The notes: generated from the letters alone by a model not told the origin. Shown: positions 1-9,503, counted from the first letter of the stretch. The stretch: DNA of 64,000 nt from Verrucomicrobiota bacterium (GCA_026398275.1 JAPLTF010000098.1:6174-70173), one strand, 5' to 3'. Made by a program: numbers and translations.

Positions 1-526
1 ATGCCCAGGGGGCCTGGCCGGCAGTGACCTTGTAGGTTCCCCAGCCGCCTTGTGCGTGGATTTTTTTTCCGGTGTTTGCCATTACGGCTCGGGTGCCGTT
101 CACGTAGAGGGTGCGTAGTTTTTCACCCCGGTCCAGCGCGGCTTTCCAAATGCCATCCTTGTAGGGTGTCCACCCGGTGACCGGCACGCCACCGGTGAAA
201 ACCGGGGTTTCGCCTTTGGCGGCGCGGTAGATGATGCGGTGGTCACTCAACGCCGAATCCTCGGGCTTGAAGACGATCGCCGAGCTCACCGGATAGTTGC
301 CCCCGCGGATGGTGACAGCGATGTCGCCCGTCATGCCGGGAATGGCTGCGCGGACTGCATGCCGGGCTCTTTCCAACGTTTGAAAGGGTTTGTCACTCGT
401 CCCGTCGTTGGTGTCCGATCCGGTTGGCGAAACGAAGAACTCACGGAACATAACCCGGTCTGTCTGAGCGAGCAACAGGCTGGAGGCCATACAAAGGGCG
501 GCGAAGACGGCAATGGGGTGCTTCAT
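1..526 (-). CDS. secreted right-handed parallel beta-helix (pectate-lyase fold) protein, N-terminal part; ORF runs off the left window edge
   Basis: Manual reverse-strand translation from the ATG at 526-524 gives MKHPIAVFAALCMASSLLLAQTDRVMFREFFVSPTGSDTNDG..., then continues open to position 2. A signal peptide is followed by the xSPxGxDxNxG...PFxT start typical of beta-helix glycan-active enzymes. The N-terminus resembles that of the 38698..41601 ORF. It is absent from the ORF track because no stop lies inside the window. Confidence 0.7.
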   Translation of the reverse strand, partial: MKHPIAVFAALCMASSLLLAQTDRVMFREFFVSPTGSDTNDGTSDKPFQTLERARHAVRAAIPGMTGDIAVTIRGGNYPVSSAIVFKPEDSALSDHRIIYRAAKGETPVFTGGVPVTGWTPYKDGIWKAALDRGEKLRTLYVNGTRAVMANTGKKIHAQGGWGTYKVTAGQAPWA

Positions 527-632
527 GGGTGGAATGGTTTCATTGCCCTACGATACAGATCCAAAGACAAGCACTCAATGACGGTGCTTGCCTGGATAGC
601 GACAATTCGTGCATTATTTCGCAAGGGCATGA

Positions 633-1778
633 TTGTCCTTCTTGTCCATGAACAAACGCAAACGCAAACGCATCCTGATCGTTCTGGGGTTTCTGCATCC
701 CGCCATCTTGTCAGGTTTCTCACGCTATGCGCGCGAGGCCAACTGGATTCTAAACGCCCTCCCGGTGTTCCATCATGCCGTGCCGCTGGATTGGAATGCG
801 GACGGACTTCTGACGACGAACGTTTTCCGTCAGGACTTGGTCCGGTATATCCGCAAAGCCGCCCGGCTGATTCCAACCGTTCTGCATGGTTGCGACGATT
901 TGCGCCTGATGGTTCCGAATGTGGAATGTGATGAACACTTGATCGGCCGGATGGCGGCAAAACACCTATTGGACCAGGATCACCGGCACTTCGCATATTT
1001 CCGATACTCCGACAATCTGCATGCAATACGTCGCAGGGATGGTTTCCGGGAGGCTTTGCGGGAGGCTGGCTACGATTGTGTTGATCTCAAGAAGATCTCG
1101 GAGCACGGCAACGGCGCCGGAGAGTGGTTCCGCAAACAATTGGCACAAATGCCCAAACCGCTCGGACTCTTCACAGAGGATGATCTTCTCGCCGCGAGGG
1201 CGATTGAATCGGCCACCGAAGCGGGTTGGCAAGTGCCCGAGCACCTTGCCGTGGTCGGGTGTGGAAATATCGAATTGGTTTGCGAATTTGGCCCTGTTCC
1301 CATCACCAGCATTTCCTGTCCGCACGAAGAACAGGCCTACCAGGCAGCAGCCATGCTCGACGCCCTGTTGTCAGGCAAAAAGTTCCTGGAAAAGAATGTC
1401 GTCTTTCCCCCAGGCGGGCTGTTTGCGCGACAAAGCACCAATTCAGTGGCGGCTCGATTGGACCTCGTCAAGCGAGCGCTGGCCTGCATGAGCAATAAAC
1501 AGCACGATCCGGCTCTGGACGCCCGTGCTGTGGCGGGCCACTGCGGGGTGTCATTGCGGGTGCTTTACCGGGAGTTTGAAAAAGATCTCAGGACCACACC
1601 GATGGCCTGTTTACTACGGATGCGATTGCGCATGGCAAAGGACATGCTGGTTCATGGCGGGCGGAAGATCGAGGATATCGCGGAGGCTTGCGGTTTTGGC
1701 AGCCTTCGCACTTTCCAGCGCGCGTTTCAGCGTATCGAGAACCAGTCGCCGCTCCAGTGGAAGCAAGCGCGGCGCTGA
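633..1778 (+). CDS. AraC/XylS-family transcriptional regulator with N-terminal periplasmic-binding-protein-like sugar-sensor domain (XylR type)
   Basis: 381-aa ORF. The C-terminus (HCGVSLRVLYREFEKDL...IEDIAEACGFGSLRTFQRAFQRIENQSPLQWK) is a dual-HTH AraC signature. The N-terminal ~270 aa look like a LacI/RbsB-type sugar-binding fold (ILIVLGF..., AVVGCGNIE). The start could instead be the ATG at 648 (MNKRKRKR). Confidence 0.85.
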   Translation: MSFLSMNKRKRKRILIVLGFLHPAILSGFSRYAREANWILNALPVFHHAVPLDWNADGLLTTNVFRQDLVRYIRKAARLIPTVLHGCDDLRLMVPNVECDEHLIGRMAAKHLLDQDHRHFAYFRYSDNLHAIRRRDGFREALREAGYDCVDLKKISEHGNGAGEWFRKQLAQMPKPLGLFTEDDLLAARAIESATEAGWQVPEHLAVVGCGNIELVCEFGPVPITSISCPHEEQAYQAAAMLDALLSGKKFLEKNVVFPPGGLFARQSTNSVAARLDLVKRALACMSNKQHDPALDARAVAGHCGVSLRVLYREFEKDLRTTPMACLLRMRLRMAKDMLVHGGRKIEDIAEACGFGSLRTFQRAFQRIENQSPLQWKQARR

Positions 1779-1807
1779 GGCGGAAAAAATCGACCTGATA
1801 ACGCAGC

Positions 1808-2506
1808 TCAGGAAGACGGCAGCGGCGGAAAGCCAGCCGAGCTTGAGGAACACGAGCAGGCTACAGAATCTTCTGTCTTGATCTCGGGAAGGTTGGAAAG
1901 AAAGAAGATGACCGCGAGGATCAGCGCGACCCCGCCGATCGCCGCATACGGGATCCAGAGGGTTGCGGAACCGGTGTTCGCACAGCCCGTATCTTTGCCG
2001 TAGAAAAACGCGGCTCCTGCGATCGGGCCGAAGATCCAGCCGATCCCGTTGCACGACTGCGCGAGATTGATGCGTGTGGCGGCAAATTGTTTCGGGCCGA
2101 GGACCGTGGTGTAGGGGTTCGCGACGGTCTCCAGAAAGGTGAGGCCGGAAGCGATTACGCACACGCCGAGCAGGAAGGCCGGAAAGGTGGAGATCTTGGT
2201 TGCCGGGATAAACCAGAATCCGCCGGCCGCCACGATGAGAAGGCCCGCAATGATGCCGCCTTTATAGCCGAGTTTGCTCGCCAGCCATCCGGCAGGCATC
2301 GCCATGAGGAAATATCCGAGATAGTGCGCAAACTGGACTCAGGCGGACTGGGCGAGCGTGAGGTGAAGCTCCTGCTGAAAATGCTTATCCATCACGTCAA
2401 TTATCCCGTTGCAAAACCCCCAAAGCAGAAACAGGGAGCGGACAAGGAGAAAGGGAATGAGAAGGCTCTTGCCGTTCCCCACGGTGAAAATGGATTTTTT
2501 GGTCAT
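1808..2506 (-). pseudogene. fucP: L-fucose:H+ symporter (MFS, FucP family) fragment A: N-terminal ~230 codons with in-frame TGA, C-terminal half missing
   Basis: Reverse-strand reading from the ATG at 2506 gives MTKKSIFTVGNGKSLLIPFLLVRSLFLLWGFCNGIIDVMDKHFQQELHLTLAQSA-TGA(2341-2339)-VQFAHYLGYFLMAMPAGWLASKLGYKGG...NLPEIKTED. The frame is the same before and after the stop. The series matches E. coli FucP TM1-TM6. Similarity ends after EIKTED (about 1868), and the ORF then runs 20 junk codons into the 3' end of the AraC gene region. Confidence 0.8.
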
Positions 2507-2561
2507 GGGTTTATGGCGTTTGACAATTCGAGCGAAGAGGGGGGGTCTTCTGATGACGGTG

Positions 2562-4304
2562 TCAGATGCTGAACCACACCCACAGGCTGAGCGAGCTGGC
2601 GATGGCGAGTCCAAGCCAGAGGCGGTAATTGGCATACCAGGCCATCTGTTCGTCTGCCTCGGCGAATGTGGCCCCCTGGATCGTTGTCTTGGCGAGTTGT
2701 TCGTCGCTGGATCTTTTGGTGAAAAGGCTGACGCCAACCAGAACCAGCACGCTGATGGCACCCGCCACCATGGCGCTGTGTGTGAAGGGCCTGAGGTAGG
2801 GGTTGTCCATGTAGGGAATAAAGCTGGCAGCGCCTGTCTGCATCTGGGCGCTGTTCCACATGAACACGCTCGAAACCACTGCGGAGCAGGCGACACAGGC
2901 GAGCACGCCGGCCGTCGTGACGCGCTTCCAAAAGACACCCAGAAAGAAGATCGCCGCGAAGGGGATCATCATGTAGGACTGCACCGCCTGCAGGTAATCG
3001 AACATCGACTTGGCCTTGCCGATGAGCGGAGCCCAGGCAGCGCCCAGAATAAACACGGTCAGCACGGCCCAGCGGCCGACACGGATCTGAGTGGCCGAAT
3101 CGGCCTCGGGCCTGAACTTCAGATAGATGTCGCGCGTGACAAGTGTTGAGATCGAGTTGTAGGTGGCCGAAATATGCCCCATCAGAGCGGCTGCGATGCC
3201 TGCAACCGTGAGGCCGAGAAGCCCGTGAGGCATCAGGTTGCCGAGCATCGTGGGGTAGGCGGTATCGTTGATGACCTTGCCCGCCGTGTCCAGCGGCATT
3301 GCGAGTTTTCCCTGATGGTAAAGCGCGAGGGCGATGATGCCGGGCATGACAAGAATGAACGGAGTGGTTAGCTTCAGGAATCCGCAAAAGGTGGCTCCGA
3401 GGCGGCCTTCGTTGAGGCTCTTGGCGGCAAACACGCGCTGCACCAAGACCTGGTCCATCGACCAGTAAAATGAGCCCACGAGCACGGTTGCCGTCATCAT
3501 GCCGAACCAGGGTACCGATTCATCCGTGGCGGGCTGGATCATGTTGAGATAGTCGCGGCCGGTCTTTGCCTGGGCGATGTCCAGCCCCGCCTTCATGCCG
3601 TCCCATCCGCCGACGGCCTCCATGCCCTTCCACAGCAGGATAAAACCCGCAACGAGCAGCACGGTGGATTGGAGGGAGTCCGTGACGACCACTGCCTTGA
3701 GTCCGCCTTTCATCGTGTAGATCGCGGTCATCAGGCCGATGCCCCAGATCAGGACGGTCTGGCCGCCAAAGTGGATGCCAAAGAGATCCAGCCCGTTGTC
3801 GAGCCCGAAGACCGGCATCATCACGAGCGAAGCAGCCCAGAGCGAGATCGAGACTTTCGCCAGGACGGAGAGCACGATCATGAAGAGCGAAAATGTCATG
3901 CGCACAGAAGGCCCGAAGCGGCGCTCCAAAAACTCCGGGACGGTATAGATTTTGTTCCGGATATAGAACGGCAGAAAGATCAGGATCAGCGGGGCGAGGC
4001 AGAAAACGGCCGACCATTCCCAGGCACCGATGGCGATGCCGACCGCGAACCCGCTGCCCGCCAGCGCCACAAAGTGCTCGGCGGAAATGTTGGCGGCGAA
4101 CAGGGAGGCTCCGATCATCGGCCAGCGCAGCGAGCGCCCGGCGAGGAAATAGGCCTCGCTGTTCTTCGGCTTACGGGTGACCAGCAAGCCGACGGTGACG
4201 ATGATCAGGGCGTAGAGGGCGACGATGGCCCAGTCGATTCCGGTCAGGTGGATTGCGGAGGATCCGTTCGCGGCGGCGGCGGCAAGAATGAGGTTTGGGT
4301 GCAT
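2562..4304 (-). CDS. sodium:solute symporter (SSF/SGLT family) sugar transporter
   Basis: 580-aa ORF with many hydrophobic helices. It carries SSF-like N-terminal motifs (YFLAGRSLRWPMIGASLFAANISAEHFVALAGSG, FLPFYIRNKIYTVPEFLERRFG). Confidence 0.9.
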   Translation of the reverse strand: MHPNLILAAAAANGSSAIHLTGIDWAIVALYALIIVTVGLLVTRKPKNSEAYFLAGRSLRWPMIGASLFAANISAEHFVALAGSGFAVGIAIGAWEWSAVFCLAPLILIFLPFYIRNKIYTVPEFLERRFGPSVRMTFSLFMIVLSVLAKVSISLWAASLVMMPVFGLDNGLDLFGIHFGGQTVLIWGIGLMTAIYTMKGGLKAVVVTDSLQSTVLLVAGFILLWKGMEAVGGWDGMKAGLDIAQAKTGRDYLNMIQPATDESVPWFGMMTATVLVGSFYWSMDQVLVQRVFAAKSLNEGRLGATFCGFLKLTTPFILVMPGIIALALYHQGKLAMPLDTAGKVINDTAYPTMLGNLMPHGLLGLTVAGIAAALMGHISATYNSISTLVTRDIYLKFRPEADSATQIRVGRWAVLTVFILGAAWAPLIGKAKSMFDYLQAVQSYMMIPFAAIFFLGVFWKRVTTAGVLACVACSAVVSSVFMWNSAQMQTGAASFIPYMDNPYLRPFTHSAMVAGAISVLVLVGVSLFTKRSSDEQLAKTTIQGATFAEADEQMAWYANYRLWLGLAIASSLSLWVWFSI

Positions 4305-4506
4305 ATGGAGTTATGGGATGGCAGGATTCAATGTTGATCGGGGCTTTTCAGACGGGGCGGCGTGTGGCTATTTGGGTTCGATGAGGAGATTTGTCTTGAC
4401 CCCTTCCACCAGCAGCCCGGGGAAAACAAAACGATTGTTCTCAAAGATCAGGCGTTCGCAGTGGGCATTCATGTGGCTGTGATAATGCTGCCAGCGCAGC
4501 CTATTG

Positions 4507-7047
4507 TTATCGACGCGAATACTTGAGAGCAGGCTTTGTGGCGACGGTGGCAGTCCCGGCGATGCGCAGGTTTCTGGTGATGGGTTTGCCATCGCGGTTC
4601 CGGGTCCGGAGGCTGAGGATCACCGACCAGCTCTTTTTTGCCGGGTCGTAGGAAACCTGCGGGTGCGCCTCTTCCGGGAACAGGCGGCCAATCTCCTGCC
4701 ACGGGCCGGCGTCGATCTGCTCCTCAACCCGCCAACCGTCAAAGGTGGGCAGTCCGCTGATCTCCACCGGCACGAGGCCGGTGCCTCCTTCCAGAAGAAA
4801 TTCTCCGTTCTTCAAGCCGGCGAGCGTCGTTGAGATCGGTGGCGTCAGGATCTTTGTTCCGTCGGCCAGGACGAGGCGCGGCTGATTGGCCGCCGCCTCC
4901 CATGCCGTCATCCGCCAGGTCTCAGCCCCTTGTTCGAGAGCCTGGATGAGCGCTGGATCCTTACCGTAGAACGAGGCGCTGTTCGGCGGGAACACGACAA
5001 ATTCGGCGGTGAACTCAACATGGTCGCCCTTGCGAAGCATTTTCAAATCCGGCGGAGCCACGACCTCGGCGCCGAGGGCGGGGATGTTGTGGGTGAAGGA
5101 GGAATAGCCTTCAAAATACGGGGTATCGGATGCCACGCCCCCGAGACGCGCCTCGTATCGGTGAAGGACAAGCCCGCGGGTCCCGTAGCCGTTGGGGGCG
5201 TTGGAAGCCGGCAATTTCCCGTAGAGCGAGATCCAGGGATGGTCTCCTTTTATCGGCACGCCGGGAACGACCGCTTTCCATGGCTCGGCAGCGGGGGTGT
5301 GTTCGGCCACCAGATCGGCCCCGGAGCCGAAGGCCACCGTGTCGGATGAATTCAAGTTGTAGTAGTCGGCCCCAAGCTGAAAGAAGGAGACGCGCTCAAC
5401 GGCCACATCCTCCAGCACGTCCACTCGCACGCGGAGGTAGGTTCGCATCAGGTCGTCGCTGCGGGGCAGTAAAAGATCCGTTCTCAGGGCGATCCTCCCG
5501 TCCCGGGAAACCTCCTCGATTCCGAGATGGGCGAGGTTGGGGCCGATCAGGCGGCTTTCGGTCCGCACGGTGCGCCACGGAAGATAGAGTCCCTCTGCGG
5601 TGACGACCTTCATCACGTCGCCGCCGCCGACGTTGCCGGACCAGCTCCATTTCCTGCCGTTTGTGCCGAGGACGAGAAATGGCCGCACGTCGGTGATCAG
5701 GGCGCGCCGCATCATGCGTTCGGGCTGCACGCAGAACGACTCCCCCCAGCTGCCCAGGGCAAACTGGTTCCAGTTCCCGTGGCCGCCCCAGCCGACCAGG
5801 CAGAGCTGGCCCAGAGAAGCCGCCGGAACCCCCTGCCAGCGGGCATGGACGAGGTGGTAGCCCAGCCGGGCCGTGCTGTGGGGCGGGATGCGGAACAGGG
5901 TGCTGCCATGCACCCACGGCCCGTCATAGGGCAGGCGTTTAGCGGGCAATGTGTGCCAGTTCTTGCTCACCTGCACCGGCAGGCCGGTTTGCCGCCCCTC
6001 GGCATCCACCAGCATGGGCACGACCCCGGTGAGCGGGTGGTTGGGATGGATCAATCGAAGCGGCACCACGATCTCCTCCGCGCCGGAATTCTCAACGGTC
6101 AACCCGAACTCGGTCACGCGGTCGAGCAGTGCTTCGGGATAGTCGGTTTTGTCCGGGTTGGGCCACTCCTGCCCGGGGAACACGATCTCCCACGCTCCCG
6201 AGTCCTTGGAAAAGGAAACCTGCGGCTGATTTTTTCCTGAAGCGGATGCGGCGACGGAGACGCCGGCGTGCGCGGGCAAGCCAGCGTTCACCCCGTTCCG
6301 CGCGATCTGAAAGGCCACCCGCAGTCGGGCCGGGTCGAGCAACCCGGTTAGCGCCTGCGAATCGACCACGCGGCCGCCCGCCTCGAGAGCGAATGTGGCT
6401 TCGGCGCCCTCCAACGGTGACTCCGGGACAATGCTCCACTCGATCACTGCACGATCGCCCCAGGCCCGGACACCCACGGACGTCTTGACGGGCAATCGTG
6501 CGCCCCCTTCCTCCACCAGTGAAATGTCGGCCAGCTCGACATGCTGAAACCACTGGCCGCTCTCGATCATCCGCACCGGAAGTTCCGTCCAATCATATCC
6601 TTTGAGCACCACGGGGTCGGGCGCGCCGCGATATTCCTTGCCCTGCCACTTCACGACGAGGCGCAGGGCGGACGGGCTCCATTCCTTTTCGATCGTCTTG
6701 GCGGAAATCCCAGCCGTGTCAAATCCGGCATCCGGCTTCGTGTTCAGACGGGTGATCAGCCCCGGCTGCGAACGGTCAATCACCATTCCGAAGTGCGCCC
6801 CGCGAAGAAGCAGCGCGCTGTTCTCGGGGCGGTAGGTGGCCAGCGCTTTGTCCTCGGGGCAGAAGGCATTAAGGATCGGCGCGCCATTCAGCCAGGAAAG
6901 CGCGGTCTGGTCGGAGTTCTCCGGCGGGGTGACCGGCAGCCCCGCCGGCCCGGCAGCGACCGCCCCGTGGACAATCAGACCGCAAATCGAGAGCAGGGCG
7001 GGCAGGGTGCTGCGCTTGCGGATGCGGGGGGTGGATATTGAAGTCAT
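4507..7047 (-). CDS. secreted protein of unknown function (846 aa)
   Basis: Long ORF with ordinary, non-repetitive amino-acid composition and an N-terminal signal-like segment (RKRSTLPALLSICGLIVHGAVAAGPA). It lies on the same strand immediately upstream of the SSS symporter. I recognise no catalytic family motif. Confidence 0.75.
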   Translation of the reverse strand: MTSISTPRIRKRSTLPALLSICGLIVHGAVAAGPAGLPVTPPENSDQTALSWLNGAPILNAFCPEDKALATYRPENSALLLRGAHFGMVIDRSQPGLITRLNTKPDAGFDTAGISAKTIEKEWSPSALRLVVKWQGKEYRGAPDPVVLKGYDWTELPVRMIESGQWFQHVELADISLVEEGGARLPVKTSVGVRAWGDRAVIEWSIVPESPLEGAEATFALEAGGRVVDSQALTGLLDPARLRVAFQIARNGVNAGLPAHAGVSVAASASGKNQPQVSFSKDSGAWEIVFPGQEWPNPDKTDYPEALLDRVTEFGLTVENSGAEEIVVPLRLIHPNHPLTGVVPMLVDAEGRQTGLPVQVSKNWHTLPAKRLPYDGPWVHGSTLFRIPPHSTARLGYHLVHARWQGVPAASLGQLCLVGWGGHGNWNQFALGSWGESFCVQPERMMRRALITDVRPFLVLGTNGRKWSWSGNVGGGDVMKVVTAEGLYLPWRTVRTESRLIGPNLAHLGIEEVSRDGRIALRTDLLLPRSDDLMRTYLRVRVDVLEDVAVERVSFFQLGADYYNLNSSDTVAFGSGADLVAEHTPAAEPWKAVVPGVPIKGDHPWISLYGKLPASNAPNGYGTRGLVLHRYEARLGGVASDTPYFEGYSSFTHNIPALGAEVVAPPDLKMLRKGDHVEFTAEFVVFPPNSASFYGKDPALIQALEQGAETWRMTAWEAAANQPRLVLADGTKILTPPISTTLAGLKNGEFLLEGGTGLVPVEISGLPTFDGWRVEEQIDAGPWQEIGRLFPEEAHPQVSYDPAKKSWSVILSLRTRNRDGKPITRNLRIAGTATVATKPALKYSRR

Positions 7048-7126
7048 AAGATTATTCTCATCTCAGATCTGGCTTTCGTTCCAGACGCTTTCGCTGTTCT
7101 GGCTGGCGGGCTGGAGGGTCTAAAGT

Positions 7127-7169
7127 GATTCACCCGCCCCAAGCCCCTTGCGTTCAAAGCGGGTGAATC
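7127..7169. repeat. perfect 11-bp inverted repeat GATTCACCCGC ... GCGGGTGAATC with 21-nt spacer
   Basis: Read directly: arm 1 is 7127-7137 and arm 2 is 7159-7169. It lies 80-120 bp upstream of the start of the 846-aa ORF (7047, minus strand). No T-run follows on either strand, so it is not a classical terminator. Confidence 0.6.
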
Positions 7170-7667
7170 CCCCAAAATTAAATTGCAAAAATCAATCCAT
7201 CCGGTGCCGGTGCAGGACCATGACGGTCGTCAGACTGAAGGGGAGGAGCGGCCATGTGGAGGGCTCGGGGACGGCGGGTGAACAGCACTTGCAGGACGAA
7301 TGAAGAAACTGAATTTCGTTTCTATGATTTTTTTGTTGGAGGGTTTATCGCTGAGAAGGAGTAAAAAAGTTAATACGAACATTTGAGGCGGTCAACAGAA
7401 AATTTTAGAAATATTTTTCGTGCCTCTTGTGGCTGGCCGACGGGGGGGAATGCTTGGGCTGCGGCAAGTCAATGGCCGGACCACCAAACCATCGAACAAC
7501 CTGAAGCAGCGGGAGGGCAGCGAGCCCGGCTGAGAAAAGCTGGGATTTGGTCGCCCCTGGTGGTGTATGCCCATGCGGGCGGATCCCCGATCTTCCGTTG
7601 ACAACGCGCGCCCCGCGGCTGCAGGTTCTTTGGAACGATCCGTGAAGAAGTCCTCCAACAGAACAAC

Positions 7668-8071
7668 CATGAAGACCATCGCCCGGGAGGCGGGGGGTCC
7701 AGCTTACGACCGTGTCGTGCATCCTGAACAACAAGGGCGGGAAGTATTCCGAGCAGACCCGGGCGAAGGTGCTCACCGTCGCCGAGCGGCTCAAATACCG
7801 CCCCAACGCCCTGATCCGCGGCATGCAGACCGGCCGCAGCCAGATGGCCGGAGTGATGGTGCCGGCGGAGGACTCCTTCTACAGCCGGATCGTGACCGGC
7901 ATCCATGCCGCACTCCAGGATGCAGGGGCTCTGATGCTGCTGAACTGGAACTACCGCACCGAGAAGCCGGCCAACGAAGCCAAGGAGCGCTCGATCATCC
8001 ACCGGTTGATCGAGCATCGCGTGGACGGCAACACGAATGGCTTCAGTAACCGGCCCCCGGAGCCGACGTAG
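7668..8071 (+). pseudogene. LacI-family regulator remnant (frameshifted HTH, truncated after about 130 codons)
   Basis: The ATG at 7668 gives MKTIAREAG, then the frame breaks in a G6 run (7692-7697). Removing one G restores ...AGVQLTTVSCILNNKGGKYSEQTRAKVLTVAERLKYRPNALIRGMQTGRSQMAGVMVPAEDSFYSRIVTGIHAAL.... This parallels the intact paralogs at 8272..9303 and 51619..52650. Similarity stops after IEHRVDG (about 8030) and a stop follows at 8069-8071. Confidence 0.7.
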
Positions 8072-8271
8072 CAGCAGATCGCCGCATGGCGTCCGTGCCC
8101 CCCCCCTCAGAGCCTCCCTGTGCCGCTGCGGCGGGTCTGCCCCGTGGTTTGATCATGGCGGTTCCCTCACGCTTCTGTCCGAAGGAAAATATTGAATCGC
8201 CAACCGCAGCATCTCGCTGAATCTGTGTAAATCCTGCTAATCTGCGGATTCCTCCACTTCGGGAATATGGG

Positions 8272-9303
8272 CTAAGTTCCCCGATCGATGAAGGTCGCCG
8301 CCAAGCGGACGGTTTTCGAGGGCGGAGCGCTCGATCCCGCTTTCCGTTCGATCTGCGCGAAGAGCATCTCGGAGGCGGTTCGCCCGATGAGATCCGCGTG
8401 CTGATCGAAGGTGGAGACGGGAATGAAATATCCGCCCCCTATGGCAACTGCTCCGAATCCGATGATCGAGACATCTTCGGGGATGCGGCGGCCCAGCTTC
8501 AAGAGCGCTCTGCGGCATCCGAGCGCCAGATTGTCGTTGACCGCGAAGATGCCGTCCACTTTTGCGCCCTTTTCAGTCAGGTATTCCAGGATCGCATCTT
8601 CGTTGGGACTGAAAGTCGGGAACTCCAGGGTGTCCACCGTGACCGGCCTGTTGGCCGACGCGACGGCGTCGCGGAATCCCTTCGCCCGGTCGCGGCTGGG
8701 GCTGAACCGGTCCCCGCCGGTGACCAGCAGAAAGTTCTTCAGGCCGCGGGCGAGAAGGCGCGTCCCCGCCTCCTCTCCGCCGACAACATCATCGGTGCCA
8801 ACAAAATCGCAGGCAAATTTCGGGACGTGCCGGTCAATGACCACGATCGGCACGTTGCGCTGGACGATTTCCTCAAAATAGAGGGCGGTGGCCTCGTCGT
8901 TGGCCGGGCGAAGAATGATGCCATCAACTCGCAATTCGATCAGGCGATGGAGGAGCTTTCGCTCCTCCTCGATGGCGCGTTCCCCCCAGTCGCCGTGAAC
9001 CATCGACAGCAGCAGACCCGCATCCTGTTCGGAGAGATGATCGTGGATTCCTTCGAGCACCCCGCTGTAGAAACCCAGTCCGGCGGGCATCACCACGCCG
9101 ATCAGGCCGGTGCGGCCCGTTTGCATCCCCCGCACCAGCCGGTTGGGGCGATACTGAATTCGCTCGGCAACCTCGCGAATACTCCGGGCCGTCTCAGCCG
9201 CCACCTTGCCCGTGCCGTTCATGAACCTGGAGACGGTCATGAGCGAGACACCCACCTCCCGTGCGATCACCTTCATGCTGGCGCGTTCTGTTGTGTTAGC
9301 CAT
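8272..9303 (-). CDS. LacI-family transcriptional regulator
   Basis: 343-aa ORF with an N-terminal HTH (MKVIAREVGVSLMTVSRFMNGTGKVAAETARSIREVAERIQYRPNRLVRGMQTGRTGLIGVVMP) and a periplasmic-binding-fold effector domain. It is a paralog of the ORF at 51619..52650. Confidence 0.9.
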   Translation of the reverse strand: MANTTERASMKVIAREVGVSLMTVSRFMNGTGKVAAETARSIREVAERIQYRPNRLVRGMQTGRTGLIGVVMPAGLGFYSGVLEGIHDHLSEQDAGLLLSMVHGDWGERAIEEERKLLHRLIELRVDGIILRPANDEATALYFEEIVQRNVPIVVIDRHVPKFACDFVGTDDVVGGEEAGTRLLARGLKNFLLVTGGDRFSPSRDRAKGFRDAVASANRPVTVDTLEFPTFSPNEDAILEYLTEKGAKVDGIFAVNDNLALGCRRALLKLGRRIPEDVSIIGFGAVAIGGGYFIPVSTFDQHADLIGRTASEMLFAQIERKAGSSAPPSKTVRLAATFIDRGT

Positions 9304-9503
9304 TAACTGTTAATAAACACATTCTACCGCAGACGCAAGCCCTTCTTCCGTCTGGGCGCACTGATCATACCACCTCTTGAAATCGATGTGGGCAGGGTCA
9401 GGGCAGGGTGAGTTCCGCCTTCAGCTCGATGACGGTGTCAGGCGTATGGCGTGACCCCCATTCCCCCTCTTCGTGTGGGGTGTGATTGGAAGTGGCGCCA
9501 GGC

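Noticed and set aside
239-931. 230-aa plus-strand ORF spanning the first intergenic region
   Set aside because: It runs antisense through the beta-helix gene N-terminus, crosses the intergenic gap and overlaps the AraC gene out of frame. It has low-complexity composition and no motifs.
2339-2341. In-frame TGA in fucP as possible selenocysteine or stop-codon recoding
   Set aside because: The gene also lacks its entire C-terminal half. The position aligns with a hydrophobic helix residue rather than a redox Cys. I see no SECIS-like hairpin immediately downstream. A plain nonsense mutation in a dead gene is far more likely.
4368-4592. 74-aa minus-strand ORF in the gap between the 846-aa gene and the SSS symporter (tail ...HYHSHMNAHCERLIFENNRFVFPGLLVEGVKTNLLIEPK)
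   Set aside because: The first 27 codons overlap the 846-aa ORF out of frame. The remaining 46 codons look protein-like, but I cannot match them to any family. It may be another gene remnant; the evidence is insufficient to annotate it.
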